Shown here in pieces: positions 38,640-53,195 of a stretch of 64,000 nt of DNA. The stretch comes from Octopus vulgaris (lineage: Eukaryota), in contig OX597816.1 in assembly GCA_951406725.2 (NCBI GenBank), positions 171,492,001 to 171,556,000 on the forward strand. The letters are read 5' to 3'. Every line of letters starts with the position of its first letter. The first letter of the stretch is position 1. The notes under the pieces were generated by a model. That model did no database searches and was not told the origin of the DNA. It saw nothing but the letters and a program-made list of their open reading frames with translations. A program made the translations under genes and the position numbers.

Positions 38640-39080
38640 CAAGTACTTTGTTGGGAGCTGTGTTACAGTAGGACTACCAATGAAATAAATTCTTTCAAAT
38701 GTTCAGGATAAGTTCTGTTAGCCAGGTGACCTAATTTGCATTGAAAGTGGGGTTTCTGAAAGCATAGTAGTCAGAGTTCCTCTCCAGGCGAAGAAAAGAT
38801 TGTATGATTTTTATGTACAGAGTGTAATGTTGTACAATAGGGAAAAACATAGGCATAAAATTCAGAAGATGTGTGAAGGCTGGGCAGAAATGATGAAGCA
38901 CTAATGTACAAGGAAAAATGTTGGATATAAGAGAAATAAAATGTAGTATGGAAAAGAGAAGACTGAGCTGGTATAGGGGGATGATACTTGGGTGAGAAAG
39001 TGCCAAGTAATTCAAGTGAAAGAAATCTCTGGAAGCAAAAGACAAGGAAAGAAGTGAAACATGATCTCAGGAGTCTCATA
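38640..39080 (+). mobile_element. Old degenerate RTE fragment
   Basis: Shares ATGAAATAAATTCTTTCAAAT...CCTAATTTGC and downstream motifs with 24530-25500. Confidence 0.55.
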
Positions 39081-39531
39081 TCTGGTGAGGTAGGATGCCA
39101 TATAGATAGTTAATCAAGTTATACTAGAGAGTATCATACCCAGTGACTAGCATAGCAGTATCATAGTAAATTGTTACTAGGGCAAAGGAGATGCTTTTGA
39201 GAGGAGAAATTATATAAGAAGAATCATACAAGTGGAACAAACATAATTGATCTATGAGAAAGTAGATTGAGATGAAATGCAGTTTGGTTTTGTGTCTGAA
39301 AGAGGTACATATGGATGCAAACTTCCTTGTGAAGCACAACATATAATGTGACAGCTTGTGGGAGAGAGAGAGAGCTCACTAGTTCTTGTTTGGTAATAAT
39401 TAATTCAGCTATGAGTTTTCCAGAAGTTCTAAAGTAGAAGTTACTGTATGAATGCATTTACACGAGAGACATGAGAAAAGTAAACACATACAATCCTTCT
39501 ACTTACCTTTTATAGTTTATAATTGATTATA

Positions 39532-40200
39532 TGAGGGGTACCCAAGAGAAACCGGAATTTTGCAGAATATTATTTTATTCACTTAGTTTTACATGTTTAC
39601 ACTTTTGTTGCCTTCAAAGTATTTTCCACTTGAAGCAATGCATCAGTCCAGACATGTTTTCCACTGTTTGAAGCAGTCCTGGAATTCTTGCAAAGTGATG
39701 TCTTTTAATGCCTCCATCGATTCCTTTCTTTACTCCTTCCACATTTGCAAATTCTATAGCACCAGCTTTCATCACCAGTGATGACCTTCGAAAAATGGTT
39801 CAGATCAACTTCCAACTGTTTTTTCAGTTCAAGACATGCATTCAATCGTGACAGCTTTTGATCTTTTATGAGCAAGGGAGGTACAAATTTTGCTGTAGCT
39901 CATTTCATTCACTATTCCTCACTCCAAATTCATTGGCAGGAGCCCCAGCACACACTAGTCATATCAACAAGTTTATCAATTGTTTGGTGACAATCCTCCA
40001 AGATCATTTCATGAATTTTCATAATGTTTTCATTTGTTTGGGAGGTCAATGGTTGCCCTGAATGAGGTTGGTCTTGAAGCAACTGGTCAGCAGATTGATG
40101 CCTGAGGGTTGCATCTAGTGGCTTCTAGCTGCAGAAGCTTGAACTACAACAAGCTCGTCCCACAGAGAATGTTTCCAGATACTTTTGGATATCCTCTCTT
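39532..40200 (-). mobile_element. Degenerate, internally deleted mariner element
   Basis: Minus strand EFQDCFKQWKTCLD*CIASSGKYFEG (mariner C-terminus). Imperfect TIRs GAGGGGTACCCAAGAG and CTTTTGGATATCCTC. Confidence 0.6.
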
Positions 40201-40399
40201 ATATGTCTTAAAGCTTACATTACATTAACCATTTTGTGTAATGTCACTTTTGATATTAATTTAAAGTATCATTTTAAACCTATTTAACCCTTTTGTAATC
40301 ATATTTGTGTTGAAATACATTACATTGCTTTTGTCTCAATTAATTCTTAAAATGATGAAGAATTTAGTAAAATAAGTTTGTCATTATTAAGCTGCTGTA

Positions 40400-40611
40400 A
40401 GGCTGTAAACTGGCAGAGTTGTTACCATTCCAGGCAAAATGCTTAGCAGCATTTCGTTTGATTTTGCATTCTGAGTTCAAATACTGCTGAGGTCAACTTT
40501 GCCTTTCATCCTTTCAGGTCAATAAAATAGGTACCAGGTGTGCTCTGGGGTTGATGTAATCGACTTATCCCCTCCCATGAAATTGCTGACCTTGTGCCAA
40601 TTTTTGAAACC
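40400..40611 (+). mobile_element. Older Meta-like SINE inserted in a piggyBac-like MITE (~40288-40720)
   Basis: Meta-like body with TTGTGCCAATTTTTGAAA tail. Duplicated CATTATTAAGCTG on both sides. Confidence 0.7.
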
Positions 40612-40969
40612 ATTATTAAGCTGGTGTATAGAACACAAATTAACATATATTGTTGGAAGGTTTTCATTTAGATCATTTTAAAACAGGATATTTGTATCAT
40701 GCAACTAAGGGGTGGTTTCATGCACCACAATGTTATTCACCATAATAATAATAATTATTTATGATCAATTAGAAGAAATAGGAATAAATTTTGTAAATGT
40801 TAAAACTTCTTGAAACAGAACATACAATACTTATGAAACAAGTATCATGAGTAATTGCTAAGATTCCATTGCATCATCCTTTTCTTTGCTTACCTAGATA
40901 ATTCGTCACATCTATTTAATAGGTTTTTCTCCCACTTTGAAAATCTAAACTGCTTCCCTGTTCTGAATG

Positions 40970-41037
<68 letters not shown>

Positions 41038-41058
41038 ATATATATATATATATATATA

Positions 41059-41223
41059 TGCGCAGGAGTGGCTGTGTGGTAAGTAGCTTGCTAACCAACC
41101 ACATGGTTCTGGGTTCAGTCCCACTGCGTGGCATCTTGGGCAAGTGTCTTCTGCTATAGCCCCGGGCCGACCAATGCCTTGTGAGTGGATTTGGTAGACG
41201 GAAACTGAAAGAAGCCTGTCGTA

Positions 41224-41264
<41 letters not shown>

Positions 41265-41465
41265 TTGTGTTTGTCCCCCTAGCATTGCTTGACAACCGAT
41301 GCTGGTGTGTTTACGTCCCCGTCACTTAGTGATTCGGCAAAAGAGACCGATAGAATAAGTACTGGGCTTACAAAGAATAAGTCCCGGGGTCGATTTGCTC
41401 GACTAAAGGCGGTGCTCCAGCATGGCCGCAGTCAAATGACTGAAACAAGTAAAAGAGTAAAGAGT
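41059..41465 (+). mobile_element. OK-like SINE
   Basis: Homologous to 8295-8700. Sits at the edge of a (TA)n tract. Confidence 0.87.
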
Positions 41466-42073
41466 ATATATATAAGAATGACTAACAGTACTTCTTTGAA
41501 GCTTGAAGAACTCTCATAGGAGAGAAACAGGTGTACATATGTAACATTTAACTGTTTAAATTCTATTCGCTCTCCTTGTCTGCTTTGAGTTTTATCACTC
41601 TTTGTTCTCTCTGACTCTTTTATCACCCTTTTGACCTGGCTCTCTTCCTCTCCAGTCATGAATAAAAGAAAACAATGCAAACAATGTAAGATAGAGAGGA
41701 CTCTTCGTTCTTGCCTGGGTCATGACAATCTCTGGGGCATTATCATGTTAAAATCCTTTCCGTACATTGTAAAGGGCATCCAGATAGAAACTGTACCAAA
41801 AATAGAATGTTTGAATGAGATGGGGTCTTTAGTCAATCCAGGAGGGCAGTAAACACAGGAAAGAGCATCACTTGGAACATAATGACCCATCTAACCCATG
41901 CCAACGTGGAAAAGGGATGATGAGGATTTTACATATATGTGTGTTTGGGTTTATTAGCTGCAAAGTGACATAAGTAACTCAAGGTTCTACACTTCATTAC
42001 ATGGAATAGTATGTACTAATTTCTAGTCTTTTGGATCCCTTATCTAGCGGTATAGCTTGTAAATACAGAAATA

Positions 42074-43366
42074 CAAGGAGTGTTCATTAAAGACTTCCTC
42101 TGACCCACTTCTCATTATTGCAGGAAACAGAACTTGTACAAGTATAATCATTCATGTCTCTACATGTCACATTGTGAATTGCAGCTTTCCACTAGTATTC
42201 GTTTGTCTTTTACGGCTGCTGAAGTGGACTAAGGTGTTATAATGGAGGCAGTTGAATGCAGATCAGTGATTAGGTTCTTATACTTGAAAGGTCAAACACC
42301 AAACGAGACTTTTGATGATATGAAAGAAGTCTATGGTGATGATGCACCATCATACGACATAGTGAAGCACTGGCATCGCCAGTTCAAATGTGGTCGGACA
42401 TTGGTGGAAACTGCTCCTATTCCTGGACAATCACTTTTTGCCATTGTTGATGGCGCCATCATCCATAAAGTGGAAGCTGCCGTTTTGGACGTTCACCGCA
42501 TAACTATTCAGCAACTAGCCCAAGAAGTGAAGATCAGTGCAGGGTCTGTAGAAAAAAAATCGTTGATGATCATTTGCACATGTGCAAGTTGTTTGTATAG
42601 TGGATTCCCTGGATGCTCACACCTTTTCAGAAGCAGGGATGAGTCAATTGCTCCCAGGCTCTTTTGGCAATGTGCCAAGAAAATGGGGTGGACTTTTTCA
42701 GCAGACTTATTACACAAGTTGAAACATGGGTCCATCACTATGATCCTGAGACTAAAGTCCACTCAAAGCAATGGAAGCATAACTCACCACCTCCAAAGAA
42801 GGCTTGTGTCCAACCCTCAGCAGGCAAGGTGATGCTCACAGTCTTTTGGGACTAATGTGGAGTAGTGATGATGGATTTTCTGGCAAAGGGCACCACAATT
42901 AATGGGGCATATTATTCCCTGCAGCAGAAATTGAGGGATGCTATCAAAGCAGAGAGGCATGGCATGCTGACCAAAAGAGTTTGCCTCCTCCAAGAGAACG
43001 TCCCAGTTAACAACACACATGTTGCCCAGATGAAAGCACACTCCTTTGGCTATAAAATCCTTCCTCATCCCACTTACTCTCCCAACTTCGCACAATCTGA
43101 CTTCCATCTCTATCCAACTATGAAGTCTCTGTTGAAGGAGAAGCACTTTTTGGATGACGATGAACTTATTTCTAAGGTAAAGTCTTGGCTCCGTATGCAG
43201 CCTACTGATTTCTACTGATGAGATCTTCACAGCTGCATAAAGCGATGGTAGAAGTGTATCACCATTGGTGATGGCTATGTAGAGAAGGACTAACAATTAT
43301 GCCAAGTTTTGTTTATTCCAATCCTTGGGAAAAGGGTCAGGGGAAATCATTTATGAATACCCCTTG
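42074..43366 (+). mobile_element. Full-length (1293 bp) dead mariner transposon
   Basis: TA flanks and 33-bp TIRs CAAGGAGTGTTCATTAAAGACTTCCTCTGACCC / CAAGGGGTATTCATAAATGATTTCCCCTGACCC (6 mismatches). Confidence 0.92.
42242..43293 (+). pseudogene. Mariner transposase pseudogene
   Basis: Three ORF pieces: MEAVECRSVIRFL...WHRQFKCG, ITQVETWVHHYDPE...AGKVMLTVFWD, and LLQENVP...HPTYSPNFAQSDFHLY. Frameshift, stops, and two catalytic D positions altered. Confidence 0.9.
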
Positions 43367-43760
<394 letters not shown>

Positions 43761-44111
43761 GCTGTCTAAGAAGCTGTAAGTCTGGAAAAAATGTATACAA
43801 CTCGTATATCTGTCAGTAGAGTGGGTATATTAATTAAAGTGAACTGTGTTATATATCCATTATGGCCAATCGTACCAATCAGTTTTGCACTAGTGGTTCA
43901 ATGGAGTATTAGGTAACAGTCCAATTATGTAACTTTGTGCTCTTCAGAGATGGCAATTATGAAATGAAATATGGTGACTGCCACTTCCAGTTTCTACTCC
44001 CTGACTCTGTAGCTACTTCACTCTTTCTCACATCATCTATTCTCACTTGCTTCACCTGTTTGTGTACAATAGGGAAACTGCCACATTTCATTACATATCT
44101 GCTATCTTTAA

Positions 44112-44330
44112 CCCTTTAGTGTTTAAACCGGCCATATCCGGCCCAAATAATCTACCTGTTTTCTGTTAAAACTGCCCAGATTTGGTATCTCACACCAACC
44201 TATAATGTCAATCTAAAAACAGGTGATAACATCATGGAAATCTTAAAGCTACGAAATAATGCATGATTAGCTTAAAACAATATGGATGAATAAATATTAT
44301 ATTTGACAGAATAATCTGAATGCTAAAGGG
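44112..44330. mobile_element. piggyBac-like MITE
   Basis: TTAA|CCCTTTAG...CTAAAGGG|TTAA. Confidence 0.8.
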
Positions 44331-45282
44331 TTAAAGAGAGTAGGGTTACATAATTGGATTGTTACCCAATATTCCATTGAACCCTTAATGCAAAACCGAT
44401 TAGTAAGATCAGCCTTAATGGGTATATAATACTGTACATTTATAATATATATATAATAAGTAAAAGGGATTATTAAATCCAGACAGATATCACTAAAGCA
44501 CTCAGCATTAGATGAATTTGGTTAACTATATCCAACAATCGTATGCCTATAAATACAAGTAGAATAAACATCCAAGTTAATTCTTCATGTATAACAAGTA
44601 AATCCAAATATCGTTTAGAAGAATTTCAAGAAATTCGTAGTTTATATATTTGTATATATATATATATATGTATAAAAAATATTTATAAAAATACAAAATG
44701 GGACAAGAACGCAAAACATTCAAATAGATGACACAAAAAAACGGACGGGTCATTCGAAGTCTAATCTTCAGTCAAGAACCAGATCATCCTCGCAATTTTG
44801 GCTGATATATATATATAAATATATATATATCAACCCATCTCACCACCCTGCAACAAAAATGCTCACTTCTCCTTAATTTCCAGTTTCTATTTCCTGACTC
44901 TGTAGCTACTTTACTCTTTCTCACATCATCTTGCTTCACTTGTTTGAGTACAAAATTCTGTACATCACTCTTTAACTTCATTTATTTATCTGGTGAAGTA
45001 TATTTCAGCATTCCTACTACTTTAACTGATTACTTGGAATATTTGTCCTTTTGTAACACTGGCATCTGTTTCAGTCAGACTTCAAAATGTGTTTCTAATT
45101 TCAGTAATTAATAATCTTGTAGCTTATGAAAGCTTCATTTCTTCTGCTATGTTCTGACATGTTTGATGGTACTAATCTTTTCATAAAGTTGATTATTGAG
45201 TTGGTTGTATTATTTTAGAGATGAATAATTAGTCAACCAATAGTGTATTGTTTATAATTTCCTTCTTAGTTTAGAGTTTCCT

Positions 45283-45317
<35 letters not shown>

Positions 45318-46244
45318 TGTGTGTGTATTGAAAATATATTTGTAAATATCATGATTTCTCATGTTGATATTTGGCTGCACATTTAAAGAGATGTAATAAA
45401 TTGAAATGTGTACACACACACACACACACACACCAGATTGATCAGACAACTAAATTTTATTATCTATCACAATTTGCATTGTTATCACTGATTTTGTCAT
45501 TTTGGACATGATGATAATCTTTTCACCAGATGGTCATTATCAAGAAAAAGGTTTTTTTAGTGTATGATCCAGAAATATTTTATAGATTAAATTATTGTGG
45601 TTTTGTTTGAAATGCAAATGGCAAATGTAAGATTAGCTAAGAATTCATTTCACAAATTGCTTTCATCTTAATTTTAATCACAAGTCCTTGGATACCATTT
45701 GCATATCATTGATGATCGTATGTCAGTGTTACAGAACATTCTGGACAACCTGTTGTTGTTTTATCATCTGTGGTGATAAAATAAGGATGTGAATGACATG
45801 TTTGCATTAAAACAATCTCTTACAATGATTTATGGTTGGACTTTGGGTTTAGTAGTGTTGAATAATGGCATATAACTCAAAAATAACTACATTATTATAT
45901 AGTCTTTGCAACAACCTCTAACAAGTATATGAGTTAGTTGTGACTTAGTTGTTAGTGTATCAAGCTCATAACCACGAGGCCACAGCTTCATTTCTTGGGC
46001 TCGGCAGTGCATTGGGTTCTTGGGCAAGATTTGATGGCACAGTTGATGTTGTTCCAGTCGACTCTGCTAAAATGAGTCTCATCTCTCTCTCTCCTTCCAG
46101 CTGTTACATCATGGATATTTTGGTGGTTCAAGGGCCGGAGGATTTCTTTGTTCATGAGCACCGAGGCACATTAAACAATTAACGAAAGCGTGTTTCATTC
46201 TGCAAGTCATACTTGTATACTAGTGATAGCTATTGTATTTTAAG

Positions 46245-46630
46245 GTGGAGGCGCAATGGCCCAGTGGTTAGGGCAGCGGACTCACGGTCATAGGATCGTG
46301 GTTTCGAGTCCCAGACCGGGCGTTGTGAGTGTTTATTGAGCGAATACACCTCAAGCTCTACGAGGCTCCGGCAGGGGATGGTGGTGATCCCTGCTGTACT
46401 CTTTCACCACAACTTTCTCTCACTCTTACTCCCTGTTTCTGTTGTACCTGTATTTCAAGGGGCCGGCCTTGTCACTCTCTGTGTCACGCTGAATATCCCC
46501 GAGAACTACGTTAAGGGTACACGTGTCTGTGGAGTGCTCAGCCACTTACACGTTAATTTCACGAGCAGGCTGTTCCTTTGATTCGGATCAACCGAAACCC
46601 TCGTCGTCGTAACCAACGGAGTGCTTCCCA
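46245..46630 (+). mobile_element. tRNA-derived SINE (OR-like)
   Basis: Homologous to 4107-4499. 11-bp TSD TGTATTTTAAG. Confidence 0.9.
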
Positions 46631-47784
46631 TGTATTTTAAGATAGTAAGGATACAGGAATATTTACTACAAAAACAGGAATATTAAACAAATGATTGCTC
46701 CAAAACAAAAAAAAAGCTGATTCTATTTTCAAACTGATACACAGATTCTAATAAGTTAATGACTCTCAGCTCAGTATTAGTATCCATGGTATGGAATTAG
46801 AATAAATTGAAGTCTGAACTTAATTCTCAAAGTAATTGTTTAATCATTGTTATTGATACTTCTTTATATTGTCACTAAATTGTCTCTTTATGGGCTTCAA
46901 TTTTAAATGTTTTCCATAGTAGTCTTTCTTAGTGTTAACGATATTATATTTTTACACTTTGAATACATCTTGTTTAACAATGCAAAATAAGGAGTTTAAT
47001 AATTGTTGTTGAAGTCGTATTTTCATCTTGTGTTTTTGGTGTACTTTTGAATATTTTCTTTCCAGAAAGTGTCAGTAGCTCTGAGAGAGAAGGTTTCTGA
47101 AGTATCATTCAGCGCGATGACTGAAAGAAAGGTTTTGTAAGATGCAAAATACTTGCCCAACTCACTGAAAAAAAAAAAAAAACACATCAACAAAAAAAAA
47201 AGAAAAAAAAAACAAAAGAAGAAAGATAATTTATTTAAATTTCAATGTTGTAACACTTAAAACCATCCAACCTCTCCTTCTTATCATTGTATTATTTGCA
47301 TTGAACTGTCCTCCTTCCCTCCAAACTTAACTCTGCGGTAATGCAGGTAGGGTTTTTCTCATTTGTTGTTAGTTTCTATGTTGTCAGTCCTCACTTTGGT
47401 GAACAGATGGTTATTGTTTGCTCGTCTTCTCTGCTTTCATTGTGTGTCATACACTTCTTTCATCTTTGATGTACCTCATGTTTTTATTTATTTATCTATT
47501 TATTTCTCTATTTATTTTGCTTCTGTCTCCAGCCATTTAGTCCAATTCTTTACAGTTTTCTCTTTGCTTTGATTATTGAGTAATTAGAACATGTTTGCAT
47601 CATTTCCGAGTGTCCTGTCATTTTGTGTAGCATTTAGAGTTTTGTTTTATGTGTTGTTTTGCTAATTTATCTACAACACTTATAGATATTGTTCTTCAGA
47701 TTCTCTATGTTGTATGTATTTTTGTTGTGTAAACAGTTTTACATATATTTTAGATCTTAAACTATAAATATTGATTCAATTTTG

Positions 47785-48095
47785 TAATATATATATGTAT
47801 GTATGTGTATATATATATATATATATATATACATATGCATATATATCTTTGTATATATATATGAATGTATATATATGAATATATATATATATATATATAT
47901 ATCTTTGTATATATATATGAATGTATATATATGAATATATATATATGAATGTATATATATGAATGTATATATATGAATGTATATATATGAATATATATAT
48001 ATATATCTGTATGTATATATATATATATATATGTATGTATCTAAATATGTATGTGTATATATGTGTGTGTGTATATATACATATATGCATATTTA
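47785..48095. repeat. (TA)n / ATATATGAATGT microsatellite
   Basis: Seen directly. Confidence 0.9.
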
Positions 48096-48097
48096 TA

Positions 48098-49075
48098 CCG
48101 TAAATCCTTGAGTATAATTCGCATTTTTTTCCCCAGATTTAAAGGTCAAAATCCCTAGTGCGTACTATATATGAAGTTAAAAATGAAAAATATTTTCTAA
48201 GCAATGTCCGAGTCTCTATTTGCTATCTGGCAATGTTTATTCAGATGCATTTTGTGATATCAGGCATGAAAATACCTTAAGCTAAGCCTGAAAGCAATGA
48301 AGTCATAAAAGAATCATCCATAACTTGCAGTAAGCAACATTTATTAAAATAAAAGTATTCAGAACACAGAATAACATGCAACAAAAACAGTTTGCAAACA
48401 TATTTACATTCCCATATAACAGTTAAGAACACCACCATAATTGTATTACGCATGCGCAGAAGTGTTTGTTCGACTAGGTACTGCTGGCTTAATTTTTCCC
48501 AAATTGTGCTTAATAGTTAAGTGCTAAATAGTTCATCCTGCTGTTTGTATTGGCAGTTTGCATCATTACCATGGCAAACAATAGATACTTAATTAAATAC
48601 CAGTATTAAATGTTTGAACTACTGTGGGTCTTTACTAGGGTTTTTTATAAGTGGGACTTAAACCTGTACATTAATTTCCAGTAAAACGTTTTATACATTA
48701 CATGCCCATAAAATGCCTCGTAGATCTTATTCAGCTATGTTTAAACTTGAAGTTATATCATATGCTGAAGAGCATGGTAATAGGGCCACCGGAAGAAAAT
48801 GTGATGTTGACGAAAGCAATGTCAGTTTGTGGAGAAAAAATAAAGATGAAATGAAACAGATGCCAAAGATAACGAAGGCGAGAAGGCAAGAAAGCAATAA
48901 AAAAGCACGTTACTGCATACATTTTTACAAACCAAGGACGTTATATAGACCTCCTTGACTCAAATTAGGGAAAGGGTGTGTATCATACACAAGGTTTAGG
49001 TTTTTCAGAGGTACAGCCCCCTAAAAATCACCTGTGTATTATACTCAAGGGCAGACTATACTCGAGGATTTACAG
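48098..49075 (+). mobile_element. Internally deleted pogo-like DNA transposon
   Basis: TA flanks. TIRs CCGTAAATCCTTGAGTATAAT and CTGTAAATCCTCGAGTATAGT. ORF 48713-48958 MPRRSYSAMFKLEVISYAEEHGNRATGRKCDVDESNVSLWRK resembles the Brinker-type DNA-binding domain of POGK-like transposases. Confidence 0.82.
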
Positions 49076-49106
49076 TATGTATATATATATATATATAATA
49101 ATATAA

Positions 49107-49137
<31 letters not shown>

Positions 49138-49150
49138 ATATATACATGTG

Positions 49151-49240
<90 letters not shown>

Positions 49241-49241
<1 letters not shown>

Positions 49242-50609
49242 TAGCAGTATCGCCCGGCGTTGCTCGGGTTTGTAAGGGAAATAACTATATAAGCATTTTT
49301 AGAGAGTTATAGCCAAAAAATAGCAAAAAATACATTAAAAATGGAAAAAATATGATGGTAAATTTTTTTAAAATCGTTGACTCATCGTAGACATTTTTAG
49401 AGAGTTACTTCCCTTATATAATAGCGAAAAATGCATTAAAATGGAAAAAAAACGATGGTAAATTTTTTTAAATCGTAGACTCATGTAGACGCTTTCTTAG
49501 CCATTTCTGTTTTGGTGTCTTCAAGCCATGAAGTCGTTGTTCTAAAAGAACGCTGGTCTCCTTGACAACGCATTACGACGTTGATTTCCTTACACTCCCT
49601 TCCCCACAGGTGCAGGTGTGAGCGTGGACGCCAACTCCGCCATCATCGACACACGAAAAATTATGCATTAAAATGGAATAAAAAATGATGTTAAATTATT
49701 TTTAAAATCGTAGACTCATCGTTGACGTGCGCTAATAGTCAGACGGGCTCGATATGAATCACGACTATAAGCTACCCGAATTTGGTTAAACTGCACCGCA
49801 AAATGTGGGAGTAGTTAGGAATCTAAATCGAAGGGGACAGACACTCACACAACTACAGTTTTATATATATAGATATACATAGCGCAGTAGTGGTGAGATG
49901 TGACAGCAAAGAAAAGCATACATTCACTCTCTGCATGCAATTAGACTCGGAAAGTTCGTGAGGAACCCATTGACCCAATTTGCTGACTTTTCCGATAGCA
50001 CACAGGTCTCAATGAATGGTTGAATGACCAAATCCAAGCTTCTCTGCTAGTTCCTCAACAGTTACGATGAGATTTTGTTCCACCAGGGTTTTCAGGATGT
50101 CCTTGTCGAGTTCTACAGATCTTTCAGGATGAGGCTCGTCTTCTAGGCTGTAGTTTATGGCTCGGAATTTCTGGAACCACCATTGACACTGCCTTACGCT
50201 TATTGTCCAATCCCCATATACTGCATTAATATTTCTTGTACTTTCCGTTGCGTTGTTGTCTTTATTGAACTCATAAAGCAAAATATGCCAAATATGCTCC
50301 TTTGTTACTTCCAATATAGCTTTGAAAAAAATAGCTGTTAAAATCGAAATGCACTCTTCAAAACTTGCACTATGAATAAGGACAAGATAATATTACTACC
50401 TGCTTTTATAGCAAGTTAATATAAGTAGTTTATCCCATTCCCCTCTGACATTTAGTTCAAGCTGTTGAAAAAACCCCCCCCGCATTATTATATATACATA
50501 CATACATACATACATATACACACACACTCTCTCTCTCACACACATGCACACATTTATATTCTGTTATTGTTTTATACGTTTCAGCCTTGAGGTTGTGGCC
50601 ATGCTGGAT

Positions 50610-50645
<36 letters not shown>

Positions 50646-50772
50646 TATCTGTCTGTCTCTCTGTATGTATATATGTATATGTATGTGTGTGAACAATAAT
50701 ATTTTCAACAGATGTGTTGCAGATGTATCTGATTGTTCTCAAGCTTCAATACTGTGTGTGTGTGTGTGTGTA

Positions 50773-50803
<31 letters not shown>

Positions 50804-51378
50804 ATGTATGTATGTATGTATATGTATGTATGTATGTATGTATGTGTGTATGTATGTATGTGTGTGTGTATGTATGTATGTGTGTGTGTATGTGTGTGTA
50901 TGTATGTATGTATGTATGTATGTTTGTATGTATGTATGTATGTATGTATGTATGAGTGTATGTTTACTTTATTACTCTCTGGCTATTTACTCTCTTCCAA
51001 GAACATTTTCACTCACTCTTATGTGTTAGCTTCCCATACATTTTACTCATGTATCTATCAGCGTCATAGTCGTCATCGCATTCTATTGTCTACCTGTCAA
51101 CACACTGAATTAGTTTCACTTTATTCGTAGCACACTGTGTGTGTGCGTTTGCATGTGGTGTAAACCAGACTAAGAAAAGCATTTGACACACACACCAGAA
51201 TGTGAGTTTTCTGTAAATTTTGCTTAATTGGAGTTTAAATTTTAAAAACTGGACCTGGCATGACGCGATGCATTGTACTCTTAAAATTGCTAGGTAAATT
51301 GTAATTGAAGAAATCCTATATTGTAGATTTGTATAACTCCCAAAGGGAGGCAGATAAAATCTGCCTTTTATAATAAGA
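49241..51378 (-). mobile_element. Composite Helitron unit 1 (foreign 5' end, cargo, H1 element at 49241-49873)
   Basis: Minus strand starts TCTTATTATAAAAGGCAG and ends with hairpin plus CTAG. The whole unit is repeated at 51379-53185. Confidence 0.78.
50009..50314 (-). pseudogene. Mariner transposase N-terminal fragment (Helitron cargo)
   Basis: EVTKEHIWHILLYEFNK...WWFQKFRA.NYSLEDEPH.ERSVELD...TVEELAEKLG, a Mos1/Hsmar-type HTH region. A partly deleted second copy lies at 52151-52392. Confidence 0.8.
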
Positions 51379-52585
51379 CTAGCAGTATCGCCCGGCGTTG
51401 CTCGGGTTTGTAAGGGAAATAACTATATAAGCATTTTTAGAGAGTTATAGCCAAAAAATAGCAAAAAATGCATTAAAAATGGAAAAAATATGATGGTAAA
51501 TTTTTTTAAAAATCGTTGACTCATCGTAGACATTTTTAGAGAGTTACTTCCCTTATATAATAGCGAAAAAATGCATTAAAATGGGAAAAAAACGATGGTA
51601 AATTTTTTTTTAAATCGTAGACTCATGTAGACGCTTTCTTAGCCATTTCTGTTTTGGTGTCTTGAAGCCATGAAGTCGTTGTTCTAAAAGAACACTGGTC
51701 TCCTTGACAACGCATTACGACGTTGATTTCCTTACACTCCCTTCCCCACAGGTGCAGATGTGAGCGTGGACGCCAACTCCGCCGCCATCGACACACGAAA
51801 AATTATGCATTAAAATGGAATAAAAAATGATGTTAAATTATTTTTAAAATCGTAGACTCATCGTTGACGCGCGCTAATAGTCAGACGGGCTCGATATGAA
51901 TCACGACTATAAGCTACCCGAATTTGGTTAAACTGCACCGCAAAATGTGGGAGTAGTTAGGAATCTAAATCGAAGGGGACAGACACTCACACAACTACAG
52001 TTTTATATATATAGATATACATAGCGCAGTAGTGGTGAGATATGACAGCAAAGAAAAGCATACATTCACTCTCTGCATGCAATTAGACTCGGAAAGTTCG
52101 TGAGGAACCCATTGACCCAATTTGCTGACTTTTCCGATAGCACACAGGTGTCAATGAATGGTTGAATGACCAAATCCAAGCTTCTCTGCTAGTTCCTCAA
52201 CAGTTACGATGATATTTTGTTCCACCAGGGTTTTCAGGATGTCCTTGTCGAGTTCTACAGATCTTTCAGGATGAGGCTCGTCTTCTAGGCTGTAGTTTAT
52301 GGCTCGGGATTTCTGGAACCACCATTGACACTGCCTTACGCTTATTGTCCAATCCCCCCCTCTGATATACTGCATTAATATTTCTTGTACTTTGCACACA
52401 TTTATATTCTGTTATTCTTTTATATGTTTCAGCCTTGAGGTTGTGGCCATGCTGGATCATGTGTGTGTGTGTGTGTGTGTGTGTGTCTGTCTGTCTGTCT
52501 GTATGTATGTATGTATATGTATGTGTGTGAACAATAATATTTTCAACAGATGTGTTGCAAATGTATCTGATTGTTCTCAAGCTTC

Positions 52586-52627
<42 letters not shown>

Positions 52628-52696
52628 ATATATGTATGTATGTATGTATATGTATGTATGTATGTATGTGTGTGTGTATGTATGTGTGTGTGTGTA

Positions 52697-52729
<33 letters not shown>

Positions 52730-53185
52730 ATGTATGTATGTATGTATGTATGTATGTATGAGTGTATGTTTACTTTATTACTAATTACTCTCTTCCAAGA
52801 ACATTTTCACTCACTCTTAGCTCTTAGCTTCCCATACATTTTACTCATGTATCTATCATCGTCATAGACAGAATACTTTCACTTTAGTCTTCCTCAAATC
52901 ACTCTGTCCGCTAATTACTTTCATTTTATTCGTTGCCCACTGTGTGTGTGCGTTTGCGTGTGGTGTAAACCAGACTAAGAAAAGCATTTGACACACACAC
53001 CAGAATGTGAGTTTTCTGTAAATTTTGCTTAATTGGAGTTTAAATTTTAAAAACTGGACCTGGCATGACGCGATGCATTGTACTCTTAAAAATGCCAGGT
53101 AAATTGTAATTGAAGAAATCCTATATTGTAGATTTGTATAACTCCCAAAGGGAGGCAGATAAAATCTGCCTTTTATAATAAGAGA
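51379..53185 (-). mobile_element. Composite Helitron unit 2 (H1 part at 51379-52015)
   Basis: Tandem copy of unit 1 with a ~300-bp deletion in the mariner cargo and scattered differences. Confidence 0.78.
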
Positions 53186-53195
53186 TTATAATAAG

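Noticed and set aside
42242-43293. SETMAR-like domesticated gene
   Set aside because: No SET domain. Frameshift, stops and flanking TIRs show an ordinary dead mariner.
45949-46182. GC-richer stretch with a 77-aa ORF (similar stretch at 58465-58745)
   Set aside because: No family motif recognised on either strand. Probably old repeat debris; BLASTX would be needed.
46245-46320. tRNA genes (also near 4430-4499, 8295, 16277, 62133)
   Set aside because: These are SINE heads: degenerate cloverleaves continuing into repeat bodies, often flanked by TSDs.
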